Source: Thermoproteota archaeon (GTDB lineage Archaea; Korarchaeota; Korarchaeia; Korarchaeales; Korarchaeaceae). From it: 31,952 bases of DNA. The stretch lies in assembly GCA_015522685.1 (NCBI GenBank), contig WALU01000063.1, positions 1-31,952 on the forward strand. The letters are read 5' to 3'. The position numbers were made by a program, and so were the translations under genes. Positions 18,060 through 25,994 of this stretch are shown piece by piece. Numbering within the stretch: position 1 is the stretch's first letter; each line of letters starts with the position of its first letter. The notes beneath the pieces are model-generated. The model was not told where the DNA came from, made no database searches, and saw only the letters and a list, made by a program, of their open reading frames with translations.

Positions 18060-19094
18060 ATGAAGTTTAGGGCAGTAGTTCTACATATAACAGACCCGGA
18101 GTACTACACTTCTTACTCAGATGCCCTTCAGAAGATATCCAACAGGCTTAATGCTTTCACTTCAAGAGTCGTTCTTAGAAAGCCTTTAGATGATGTGGAT
18201 GTCGAGCTCAAGGCTGTTTACTCTGGAGAAGGAATTAATGGATTGAATACCGCGTGGGAATTACTAAACAAAGGATATTTCACCTCTGTCTCTTTAGGAA
18301 AAAGCCTTTACGGCCAGGTTTTGGATCAAGCTGTTGACCTCATCTATAGGACAGCTGAGGAATTGGGGCCAGAATTCAATGTAAGACTTGCCTTTTCATC
18401 AGGAGAACCACCAGAAGGACCCTACTTCCCAGCTACTATGAGCTCTTCCTTTGGGATGAGTGCCTCACTCTTATATCCATCTGATCTCTACAAATTCCTC
18501 CAAGATTCAGAGGAGCCTAGTGCTGCATTGAGGCAGATAATGTCCATTCTATTTCAGAAGGCAGAAAAGGATGTACTCCTTACTCTCAGAGAGGAGGAAG
18601 AGAAAATACCTTACATAGGAATGGATTTCTCTCTTAGTCCCTGGATGGAAGAAAGCGCGGCTAAGGTAGTTAGCATGGTATCTAAGGCACCCTTCATGGC
18701 ATCAGGAACAGCTTCTGCTATCCTTGAAATAAATAGAGCGATAATGAACTCTTCTTATAACCTAAAGTATACTGGTTTCAATGAAATCATGCTTCCAATG
18801 GCTGAAGATAACCTATTAAAAGAGATGGCATATAAAGGGCTATTAACTGCTAGAGATCTTTCATATCTAACACCGTATTGTGTCGCTGGATTGGATATGG
18901 TGGTCTTGCCTCTATCAACACCTCGTAAAGAGGTAGCTAAGCTAATAGAAGATGTTCTAGCGGCAAGTTGGGTTAAGAGAAAGGTATTGGGTATCAGAAT
19001 AATATTAGTCGATGCTGAGCCTGGGGAAATGGTAGATCTCAAGATGTTTGGAAAGATCCCTATAATGAAACTAGATGGCGGCTGCCTTAGCTAG
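18060..19094 (+). CDS. DUF711 family protein
   Basis: PYFP, DFSLSPW, GT.SAI..IN, GFNEIMLPMAEDNLL and CVAGLDMVVLP motifs. Likely ATG start at 18060. Confidence 0.85.
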   Translation: MKFRAVVLHITDPEYYTSYSDALQKISNRLNAFTSRVVLRKPLDDVDVELKAVYSGEGINGLNTAWELLNKGYFTSVSLGKSLYGQVLDQAVDLIYRTAEELGPEFNVRLAFSSGEPPEGPYFPATMSSSFGMSASLLYPSDLYKFLQDSEEPSAALRQIMSILFQKAEKDVLLTLREEEEKIPYIGMDFSLSPWMEESAAKVVSMVSKAPFMASGTASAILEINRAIMNSSYNLKYTGFNEIMLPMAEDNLLKEMAYKGLLTARDLSYLTPYCVAGLDMVVLPLSTPRKEVAKLIEDVLAASWVKRKVLGIRIILVDAEPGEMVDLKMFGKIPIMKLDGGCLS

Positions 19095-19111
19095 CGATTA
19101 GTTGAAAGCGA
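19088..19111 (+). repeat. left arm of an imperfect 24-bp inverted repeat (partner at 20643-20666)
   Basis: TAGCTAGCGATTAGTTGAAAGCGA versus the reverse complement of 20643-20666, TAGCTAGAGGCTAGTTGAAAGCGA: 21/24 identical. Confidence 0.35.
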
Positions 19112-19283
19112 GCAATAGTCAACCGATGTATGACCTATAAATAAGGAATAGAAACCTCGTAATTAGAGGATTAAGAATTACTTAAGATCTTCGTCAAGAA
19201 GGTTTTATAGGAGAACAGGAAAATTCAAGGGAATGAGATCTTACGCTATAAACTATTTTTACCTATCATTAGCATCTTTTGAC

Positions 19284-20315
19284 TTAATCCTTCGGTAGGC
19301 AGGATGATGGATGCCATGAAGCTTCAGGTTCTCCGTAAGCGCCTCCAAATATCCTATCGTGTATATCTGTCGCTGCTTTTACTCCCTCTCCAACAGCTTT
19401 GGCTATCTGCATAGGCTCTCCAGCTACATCTCCAACAGCATATACGGCAAAGCAATTCGTGCGCTGCCAATAATCAGCAATAATAAATCCCTTCTCATCT
19501 ATCTTCACGCCAGCTTGCTTTGCTAAGGCACTCTGAGGCTCTACCCCTATAAAGATAAATACTCCATCTGTTTCCATGAATTCCTCTTTCTCCATAACTA
19601 GATCTTTAACCTTTACAGCTTCTACTCTATCCTTACCTATAATTTCCGTTAATACGCTGTTCCACTTAAAGTCAACATTAGGCAATGACAGTATCCTCTC
19701 CACTAGGACCTTCTCAGCCCTCATCCTATCACGCCTGTGAACTAAGGTGATCTTATTAGCCAATTTAGCTAGATATAGAGTTGAGATGGCGGCTGTATCG
19801 CCTCCTCCAACTATAACGATCCTCTTATCTCTAAAGAGAGGTCCATCACAAACGGCGCAATAACTAATACCTTTACCATAGAACTCTACCTCACCAGGAA
19901 TGCCCAATCGCCTATCTTCAGTGCCTGTTGCTATGATCAAGGCCCTAGATGAGAGCTCTCTTCCACTTCTCGTGAAGACCTTCTTCCAATCTCCTCTAAG
20001 CTCAAGTTTAACTACCTCCTCTGGAAATAGTATCCTAGCTCCAGCTTTAGTGGTATGCTCATGAAATATCTTGGAGAGCTGCTCTCCAGATATTAAAGGA
20101 AAACCAGGATAATTCTCAACTATAGGATTTATTGAGACCTTTCCCCCCGGAGAATCCTTCTCTATCACTAAGGTTCGAAGACCATATCTCGCTAAATAGA
20201 TGGCTGCAGTAAGGCCACCAGGTCCTCCTCCAACTACTATAACGTCCCAATCTCGAGGTAGTTCCTCCTCACTCTTCGCTGGAAGTAAAAAAGCTCCGAG
20301 ACTCATTTTTATCAT
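19284..20315 (-). CDS. trxB: thioredoxin reductase
   Basis: GGGPGG FAD motif, VENYPGF, IIATG, redox-active SYCAVCDG, GGGDTA NAD(P)H motif and GD motif. The start may be the ATG at 20306. Confidence 0.93.
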   Translation of the reverse strand: MIKMSLGAFLLPAKSEEELPRDWDVIVVGGGPGGLTAAIYLARYGLRTLVIEKDSPGGKVSINPIVENYPGFPLISGEQLSKIFHEHTTKAGARILFPEEVVKLELRGDWKKVFTRSGRELSSRALIIATGTEDRRLGIPGEVEFYGKGISYCAVCDGPLFRDKRIVIVGGGDTAAISTLYLAKLANKITLVHRRDRMRAEKVLVERILSLPNVDFKWNSVLTEIIGKDRVEAVKVKDLVMEKEEFMETDGVFIFIGVEPQSALAKQAGVKIDEKGFIIADYWQRTNCFAVYAVGDVAGEPMQIAKAVGEGVKAATDIHDRIFGGAYGEPEASWHPSSCLPKD

Positions 20316-20629
20316 CCTCTTTGGATTCTATATCAAACCTTATCAACTTTAGTCTAGTTCCCCCTAAGGACTTGGTTACCATATATTGATCTTAACCCCC
20401 TCTAGAAGCCCCCTTAAATCCAAGAAACCATCCTCATATATAAGCTCCTCAACTCTTATGTTCAAGAATTCCTTGATCATGACATCTCCGATGCTCTCCT
20501 CACCACCCTCTATAACAGCTCTGTCTCTAGGCTTCAACATTGTCTCTTTTCTTATGGTTGTCCTTTTTTGCCCGATAATATCCTCTCCCTGTATTCCCTC
20601 TTAAATTTCAATTTCTTGATTAAAAGCAT
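20307..20629 (-). pseudogene. frameshifted ASCH-domain protein
   Basis: SD GGAGGT and ATG at 20629. MLLIKKLKFKREYRERILSGKK/RTTIRKETMLKPRD...IRVEELIYEDGFLDLRGLLEG/LRSIYGN.../TRLKLIRFD contains the ASCH signature I.SG.K..TIR and EDGF...IYG. Three frameshifts. Confidence 0.85.
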
Positions 20630-20642
20630 CGCTTTACCTCCT

Positions 20643-20666
20643 TCGCTTTCAACTAGCCTCTAGCTA
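20643..20666 (-). repeat. right arm of an imperfect 24-bp inverted repeat (partner at 19088-19111)
   Basis: 21/24 identity to 19088-19111 in inverted orientation. Confidence 0.35.
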
Positions 20667-20838
20667 CTATCGACGAAACTGCCATATTTTAGTCTAGTTA
20701 CTGTAACAATAGTTCGATCCGATAGTTACCTCTTCATCTCAAGAACCTTGCTCGTTTCATACATATAATGCCTTCGGAAAAATAATGCAACCTCTGATGA
20801 ACATCCAAGTTATATTGAGTTTGAGTCTATACGCCCGA

Positions 20839-22122
20839 ATGGTGATCATAGAACCGTCTAAGATAAAAGGAGAGATCGTAGCACCTCCATCTAAGAGCTA
20901 TTCCCACAGGGCATTGGCGATATCTCTTCTTTCTCAAGAAGAATCCTCACTTAACAATGTTTCTCTTGCTAATGATGTGAAGGCTACCTTAAATGCCATT
21001 GAGCAGATGGGAGCCCATGTAAAAATAAGGAATAAAGGACATGACATGACCAATATGAAGATAGTCCCCCCTTCTAAGCTAAAAGTTCCATCTAACATTC
21101 TATACTGCAGAGGATCAGGGACCACAATCAGGTTCTTTACATCAATAGCATCCCTTACTAGCGTAGGCTACACAGTACTTACTGGAAATGATAGCTTAAG
21201 GAGAAGACCTATGGGTCCATTGTTAGATGCCATAATCCAGTTAGGAGGATGGGCTATAAGTACTAAGATGAACGGTCTGCCTCCTTTAGTAGTTAGGGGC
21301 GGGGGACTTGATGGAGGGATAGCATCAATTCCTGGGAATGTAAGCTCTCAATTCTTTTCTTCCTTAATGATATCAGGTTCTCTATCCCGCTCGGAAGTAG
21401 AACTTGTTCCAAAAGGAGAGCTTGTTTCTAAACCCTATTTGGACATGACTGCGACTCTGCTGAGAATTGCAGAAGTAAAAGCTAATGTAGAATCGAATCG
21501 TATACTGATTAGGCCTTCTAGACCTATAGGATTGAATTTTACCATTCCAGGGGATTTTGGTCTAGCTGCTCCTCTAATGGCTGCAGCTTCAATTACCGGA
21601 GGTAGGCTGGAGGTATCAGGTCTAAACTTCGATTTACCACAGGCAGATTCTCTAATAATAGAAGTTCTTAAGTCGTTTGGTGTTAAGGTACGTATTAACC
21701 GTGAGAATATTATAATTTCAGGTATACCCGTAAGATCTGCGAATCTTAATCTGAAAGATGCACCAGATCTGTTACCAATAGCAGCTGTTCTAGCATCATT
21801 CGCTCCAGGCACCAGTGTAATTAGCGGTGTTTTTCATGCTAGAATGAAGGAGAGCAATAGAATATCTAATATGAGGAGTGAGTTATCTAAAGCGGGAGTT
21901 ATTGTTGAAGAGATGAGGGATGGACTGGTAATAAAGGGGGGTCATGTTAGAGGAGGAGTCAAGCTCAACTCTTGGGGAGATCACAGGATCTTCATGGCTC
22001 TCTCCGTCTTATCTGCAGGTTCTTCAAAACCTTGTACAATAGAGGGATCAGGGTGGGTCTCTGATTCATATCCCAACTTTTTGGGTGATATGAAGGATCT
22101 AGGATTGGTGATCAATGGATAG
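20839..22122 (+). CDS. aroA: 3-phosphoshikimate 1-carboxyvinyltransferase (EPSP synthase)
   Basis: PPSKSYSHR, SGTTIRF, SLRRRPM, SSQF, SKPYLDMT, PGDF, DAPDL, RMKESNRI, DHRI and SYPNF motifs. Start ATG 20839 with TTATAT about 25 nt upstream. Confidence 0.93.
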   Translation: MVIIEPSKIKGEIVAPPSKSYSHRALAISLLSQEESSLNNVSLANDVKATLNAIEQMGAHVKIRNKGHDMTNMKIVPPSKLKVPSNILYCRGSGTTIRFFTSIASLTSVGYTVLTGNDSLRRRPMGPLLDAIIQLGGWAISTKMNGLPPLVVRGGGLDGGIASIPGNVSSQFFSSLMISGSLSRSEVELVPKGELVSKPYLDMTATLLRIAEVKANVESNRILIRPSRPIGLNFTIPGDFGLAAPLMAAASITGGRLEVSGLNFDLPQADSLIIEVLKSFGVKVRINRENIIISGIPVRSANLNLKDAPDLLPIAAVLASFAPGTSVISGVFHARMKESNRISNMRSELSKAGVIVEEMRDGLVIKGGHVRGGVKLNSWGDHRIFMALSVLSAGSSKPCTIEGSGWVSDSYPNFLGDMKDLGLVING

Positions 22123-22357
22123 AAGCCTTAACCGAAAGAGAAAAAGTTCACTTCAGCTAAATTAAAGGAGATTAAGAGGAAGCTTGAGACCTAGAATTTA
22201 TGGTAAAGCTGCTTTTAGGGGATGGATATCATAGGACGAGCCCCTTCCTGATGAAATAGAAGACATAGAGTCTGAGAATGGACTAATTAGCTTTAAGGAT
22301 TCTAAGAAATTGCTAAATAATAGCAAGGAAGAAGGAGACTGGTTATGTTCTTCATAG
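22115..22357 (+). pseudogene. decayed RelB-like archaeal antitoxin
   Basis: Fragments AKLKEIKRKLET* and IS*DEPLPDEIEDIESENGLISFKDSKKLL match the archaeal antitoxin pattern EEPLPDE.EAI......IS.EE.KK.L. Lies directly upstream of a RelE remnant. Confidence 0.6.
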
Positions 22358-22557
22358 GTTCTCGGGCATTTGAAGATGAAGACCCTAAAAAGACTGAGGC
22401 CTTAGATAATTAATTAGGGGAGAGTTACTGGAACCTTAAAAATCCTCGAGGAGTTCGATCCCTTATCCTTTGGATCTGAAAACTTCGAGGATACGAAGAT
22501 ACCTATAAAATACAAATAGGAAGAGTTATTCTTATTCTTAGGGCTCTCATAAAGTAA
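22345..22557 (+). pseudogene. decayed RelE/ParE-family toxin
   Basis: KTLKRLRP*...GRVTGTLKILEEFDPLSFGSE/KLRGYEDTYKIQIGRVI matches the RelE pattern L..DP.P.G..KL.G..DTYRIR.GDYRV. Two stops, one frameshift, catalytic Arg positions lost. Confidence 0.75.
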
Positions 22558-22835
22558 GGCTATGATCACCTTAGCCTTTGGCCTCCTAGGTCTATAGCAG
22601 GCATATTGTACCTCCTACTGGCAGCTTATAGGAACTTTCTGATTTTTGGTTGATAACAGGGGTCGGCTCCAGCGAACCCCCGCCATGCCTCCAGATCTTG
22701 GCATGAGTGGATGGCATCTCCTCCACGAACACCACTCTAAGATTCCTAAACAGGTCTCTAGGCAGCTTAGAGGGAAGAAGCTCGACAGTTCTCTTCTTCC
22801 TATGATTAATCCCACTAAGACTATGATCTCTTTGC
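22540..22835 (-). pseudogene. possible decayed cyclophilin-like fold (TM1367-type) gene
   Basis: KEIIVLVGLIIG/TVELLPSKLPR...EEMPSTHAKIW.....EPTPV....ESSYKLPVGGTIC/YRPRRPKAKVIIALLY loosely follows EL....P.....LP....A..W....F..PV......V..G.I.YWP. No start codon in the main frame. Confidence 0.3.
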
Positions 22836-22857
22836 TGGATAAAGTATTAACTAGCCT

Positions 22858-23184
22858 TTAGGAATATTCCCTCCAAGTATAGCCGCACTTGGTACATGTA
22901 TAAATCCTAGTTGGAGGCTCATCCGCTGCTCTAGTCTGAACTATCTGTAGATAAGCCCTATTATTCCCGCACTTAGGACATTTGGCCTCAATTATCGGAG
23001 CAGCCATCTTTTTCCCTCCTTCAACTACTATTACATCACCGTTATCTGAAACGACCTTTGTTGTTACCGCCGCTGATTTCCTTGAGTTTGACTCCATTTC
23101 ATAACCGCAGCTTGGGCAATAATAAATGAGCTTATTTTCTACTTTCTTAGGTCTCATTAGGGTTCCGCACTTTGGGCAAAACAT
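22858..23184 (-). CDS. tfs: transcription factor S (TFS / RpoM)
   Basis: Two zinc ribbons (CPKC...CPSC and CPKC...CTKC) and QTRAADEPPT with an intact acidic DE hairpin. Confidence 0.95.
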   Translation of the reverse strand: MFCPKCGTLMRPKKVENKLIYYCPSCGYEMESNSRKSAAVTTKVVSDNGDVIVVEGGKKMAAPIIEAKCPKCGNNRAYLQIVQTRAADEPPTRIYTCTKCGYTWREYS

Positions 23185-23211
23185 TTTACCTCGCAGCTAT
23201 CAGAAAGAAGC

Positions 23212-23220
23212 CTATATAAG
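23212..23220. promoter_or_regulatory. central palindromic TATA box between divergent tfs and NYN genes
   Basis: CTATATAAG on the plus strand, CTTATATAG on the minus strand; centre about 32 nt from the tfs ATG and about 33 nt from the NYN ATG. Confidence 0.55.
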
Positions 23221-23248
23221 TTATGATGTAGTAAGCCTCCTGATATAG

Positions 23249-23737
23249 ATGAAGGTCCTAAGAAGTGTAAGGAAAAAGAGAGGAAAACAGCTAGCAATAA
23301 TAGTTGACGGTCCTAATATCCTCAGGAAGGAGCTGGGAATAGATCTAGAGGAAATTAGACAGCTAGTTGAGAGTGAAGGTAGAATTAGAATAGCCACTGT
23401 CATTTTAGATAGAAAAGCTCCTGAAAAGCTTGTGGAAGCTGTTGTGAATGCTGGATTCAGGGCTGTAATATCTACAGGCAAGGTTGAAGTTGATTTTACG
23501 ATAGAAGCAATGGATTCAATATATAATGATAAAGTGGATTCGCTTGTACTGGTTGCTAGGAGTGCTGCATATATGCCCATAGTTCATAGAGCTAAAGAGG
23601 TAGGAAAAGAAGTTATAGTGATAGGGGCGGAACCAGGATTTAGTATGGCTTTGAAAAAGGCTGCTGATCTCTACATATCACTTCCAGCCCCTATCTCTGA
23701 AGATCTTACCAAGTCTAAGGGTAATGAAGAATGCTGA
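23249..23737 (+). CDS. NYN-domain protein (TIGR00288 family), probably catalytically inactive
   Basis: VDGPNILRKE, KLVEAVVN.GF and AKE.GKEVIVIGAEPGFS.AL..AAD. The family motifs GDVDV and TRDADF read GKVEV and ARSAAY here. Confidence 0.88.
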   Translation: MKVLRSVRKKRGKQLAIIVDGPNILRKELGIDLEEIRQLVESEGRIRIATVILDRKAPEKLVEAVVNAGFRAVISTGKVEVDFTIEAMDSIYNDKVDSLVLVARSAAYMPIVHRAKEVGKEVIVIGAEPGFSMALKKAADLYISLPAPISEDLTKSKGNEEC

Positions 23738-24775
23738 GATAGCAAATATAAGAGCCCCCAGCTGCATGGATAGGAACCTAATTAAACCTATAGCTCCTTC
23801 CATATACTGACCGATGAAGTAGAAGGACATCCAAAGGGAAAGTATAAGCCCAGTTCCCATTATCTTCTCGAAAGTATCAACTCTCTTTATCGCAAGGCTC
23901 TCTATAGCGCTGCCAGCGAACATAAGAACCAAGGAAAGAGCTATGAATCCACTCGCTTCCTGAAAGAGCTTGGCCATTATTAGTTCAAGTGGATAGTTCT
24001 GAGCTATTAATGAGGTAGCTCTACTATATGAAAATAATAATGAGATAAACACACCGAATATCCCCATTATAAAGGAAAAGAGGCCTATTTGCTTACCGAA
24101 GTATCCTACTCCCCTCCTTAGCTTATCTGTGAGATCGAATCCCTTGTCCAGGAATATTGTACCTGCTACAACTAGGGCTCCAATGTATAAATATCTCTGG
24201 AGCTCTAATACGGAGAAGATACCAGCTAAAAGAAGCAAAGCTCCAGGTAAGCCGAAAAGAAGAGCTCTAGAGGTGGGAGATTTCATGAGCTTCTCAAAAT
24301 ATCTCTTTAAAAGTATGTATGTATGCTCTATCTCCCTGCTCTGCTGCACTATTACTCTTCTAACGCTCCTTATAGGAGCATATCTCATCAGCAGAGGTAT
24401 TACTAGCTCATCGTCTGCTCCATCCGATACCAATATTATGCTATCTGGCTTGAATTTATCCGCAACAATTTCTATTTGTCTCTTTACCTCCTCATCGGCT
24501 AGAAGTTCACTTTTAGGATGGCCTGTAATTGTCACTACCTCAACGAAAGTAGAAGAATCAGAAAACAACTGCTTAACCTCATCATATACTTTCACAGCAC
24601 CGAATATAGCATTTGCATCTGCCTCCGTGGGATCTGCTAAAGCTAGTTTAGATGCAGCCTCTATATTAGCTTCTTTACCTAAAACGGGTCCCTTGATCCC
24701 TGTTTTGACTCCCAAGTCATCATCTCTATCAACGCAAACTATGAGTATCCTTTCTTCAAGCTTCTTCTTTCCCAT
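23678..24775 (-). CDS. DUF373 family membrane protein
   Basis: CVDRDDDLG.K, DP.E.DAN.IF, VSDGADDE and RVIVQQSREIE.TY motifs followed by several TMs. Confidence 0.92.
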   Translation of the reverse strand: MGKKKLEERILIVCVDRDDDLGVKTGIKGPVLGKEANIEAASKLALADPTEADANAIFGAVKVYDEVKQLFSDSSTFVEVVTITGHPKSELLADEEVKRQIEIVADKFKPDSIILVSDGADDELVIPLLMRYAPIRSVRRVIVQQSREIEHTYILLKRYFEKLMKSPTSRALLFGLPGALLLLAGIFSVLELQRYLYIGALVVAGTIFLDKGFDLTDKLRRGVGYFGKQIGLFSFIMGIFGVFISLLFSYSRATSLIAQNYPLELIMAKLFQEASGFIALSLVLMFAGSAIESLAIKRVDTFEKIMGTGLILSLWMSFYFIGQYMEGAIGLIRFLSMQLGALIFAISAFFITLRLGKIFRDRGWK

Positions 24776-24808
24776 CCTTGCGGACTAACCATCACAAGAT
24801 AAAAAAGT

Positions 24809-25714
24809 TCAACTACTCGTGGACTTCTCGAGAAGTCCTAGCTCCATAAGCACCTTAAGTTCATCTATAGTTAGCTTTTCTCTTGCTTTATATTTCTCGA
24901 ATGCCTCTTCAGCAAGTTTTTCCTTGAGTTTTCTCTCAACTTCTTTATTACTTGATATTATTTTCTCAAACCTATGCCTTATTTCCTCCTGTATGGATCT
25001 AACTTTTTCCCTAATTTTCTCCATTTCTTCCCTCATCTCATCAACATGCTTGCTTCTCTCGTTAATCTCCTTACTGATCCCATCTATCTCCTCTCTCCTC
25101 TTGTCAAGTTCTTCCTTTTTTTTGGTAATGCTTTCATATATGCCCTTCAATTGATCCTTTACTTTCCCTATCCTCTCTCCTGAATCCCTGACAAAAAATC
25201 TCCACTTCTCAGCTTCAGCCATCATCTCTATCAACTTCCTTTTGAGAGCTTTGGCTCTATTTAGGTCCTGCAGCATAGCCTCATATTGGCTGATTTGCAT
25301 AACCATATCTCTCTCTTGATCCTTCGTAAGTGGAGAGGTCTCTATCCTCCTTTCGAGCCTAGAGATTCTCCTCCTGAGGACCCTTTCAGGGACCCCCACA
25401 GAGTTTACTATATCCTCATATTCTTGCTTAATTTTTAAAGCTTCATCCTTTGCCTGCCTGAATTTCTCGAAAGCTTCTTTCCTTTCTTCTCTTAACTTAG
25501 CTAGCTCTCCTTGAAGCTTTCTTTTGTTCTCTATGATCTCTCTTAACTCAGCTCTCTTACTTTTTATTTCCTCTATCAAGCTAAATCTCTTAGCCCTTAG
25601 TTCCTTCAGCTCCTCTATAACGGGCCTCCTCTGATCCCGAAGCTCTGAAAGTTTCTGTCGAAGCTCTCTTTCTCTTTGCCTCAAGACACTTACATTTCCT
25701 TCTACTGTGGCCAT
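24809..25714 (-). CDS. archaeal coiled-coil protein (COG1340-like)
   Basis: E/K/R-rich heptads, I.RLE..IETSPLT..QE and C-terminal AEEAFEKYK..EKLT.DEL; SD GGAGGAG; upstream of DUF373, a pairing I recall as common in archaea. Confidence 0.85.
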   Translation of the reverse strand: MATVEGNVSVLRQRERELRQKLSELRDQRRPVIEELKELRAKRFSLIEEIKSKRAELREIIENKRKLQGELAKLREERKEAFEKFRQAKDEALKIKQEYEDIVNSVGVPERVLRRRISRLERRIETSPLTKDQERDMVMQISQYEAMLQDLNRAKALKRKLIEMMAEAEKWRFFVRDSGERIGKVKDQLKGIYESITKKKEELDKRREEIDGISKEINERSKHVDEMREEMEKIREKVRSIQEEIRHRFEKIISSNKEVERKLKEKLAEEAFEKYKAREKLTIDELKVLMELGLLEKSTSS

Positions 25715-25994
25715 GTGGTCTCCTCCTGCTATTTCTTAAGGATTGGGCTAGCGACCAACGATCCTTGAGGATCCCCTACTTAAAAAGTATTCGGTTGACT
25801 AAGAAAAAAGTAGAGGCATGAATAAACTTTATAAGTATGTTAGGAAGCAACAACGATCTCCCAAAATAAATAATCGCCTTATCCAAATCCAATAGGTTCA
25901 ATTAATGCTCGTGGATCTCAGGAAAGAATTATCTAAAAACCAGAAGTTCTATTACTAGCGGGACTTGGATCTCCAAAGGACGGGAGGATGAAGC

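Noticed and set aside
19099-19108. GTTGAAAG resembling the 3' end of a CRISPR repeat
   Set aside because: No regularly spaced direct repeats and no cas genes in the window.
19112-19283. Possible wHTH wing remnant (DLRQEGFIGE...RYKL) between DUF711 and trxB
   Set aside because: Needs several frameshifts over very few residues; not distinguishable from chance.
20794-20838. C/D-box-like arrangement (CTGATGA...TTGA...CCGA) upstream of aroA; similar partial motifs near 22248 and 23223
   Set aside because: Boxes are degenerate or incomplete, no recognisable rRNA/tRNA complementarity, and the sites coincide with promoters or pseudogene sequence.
22449-22465. GTTCGATCC resembling a tRNA T-loop
   Set aside because: The T-stem does not pair, no cloverleaf forms, and it lies inside the RelE remnant.
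25735-25769. Hairpin CTTAAGGAT...ATCCTTGAG upstream of the coiled-coil gene
   Set aside because: Weak stem with a mismatch on the transcribed strand; the start site predicted from the TATA at ~25780-25787 would fall inside it.
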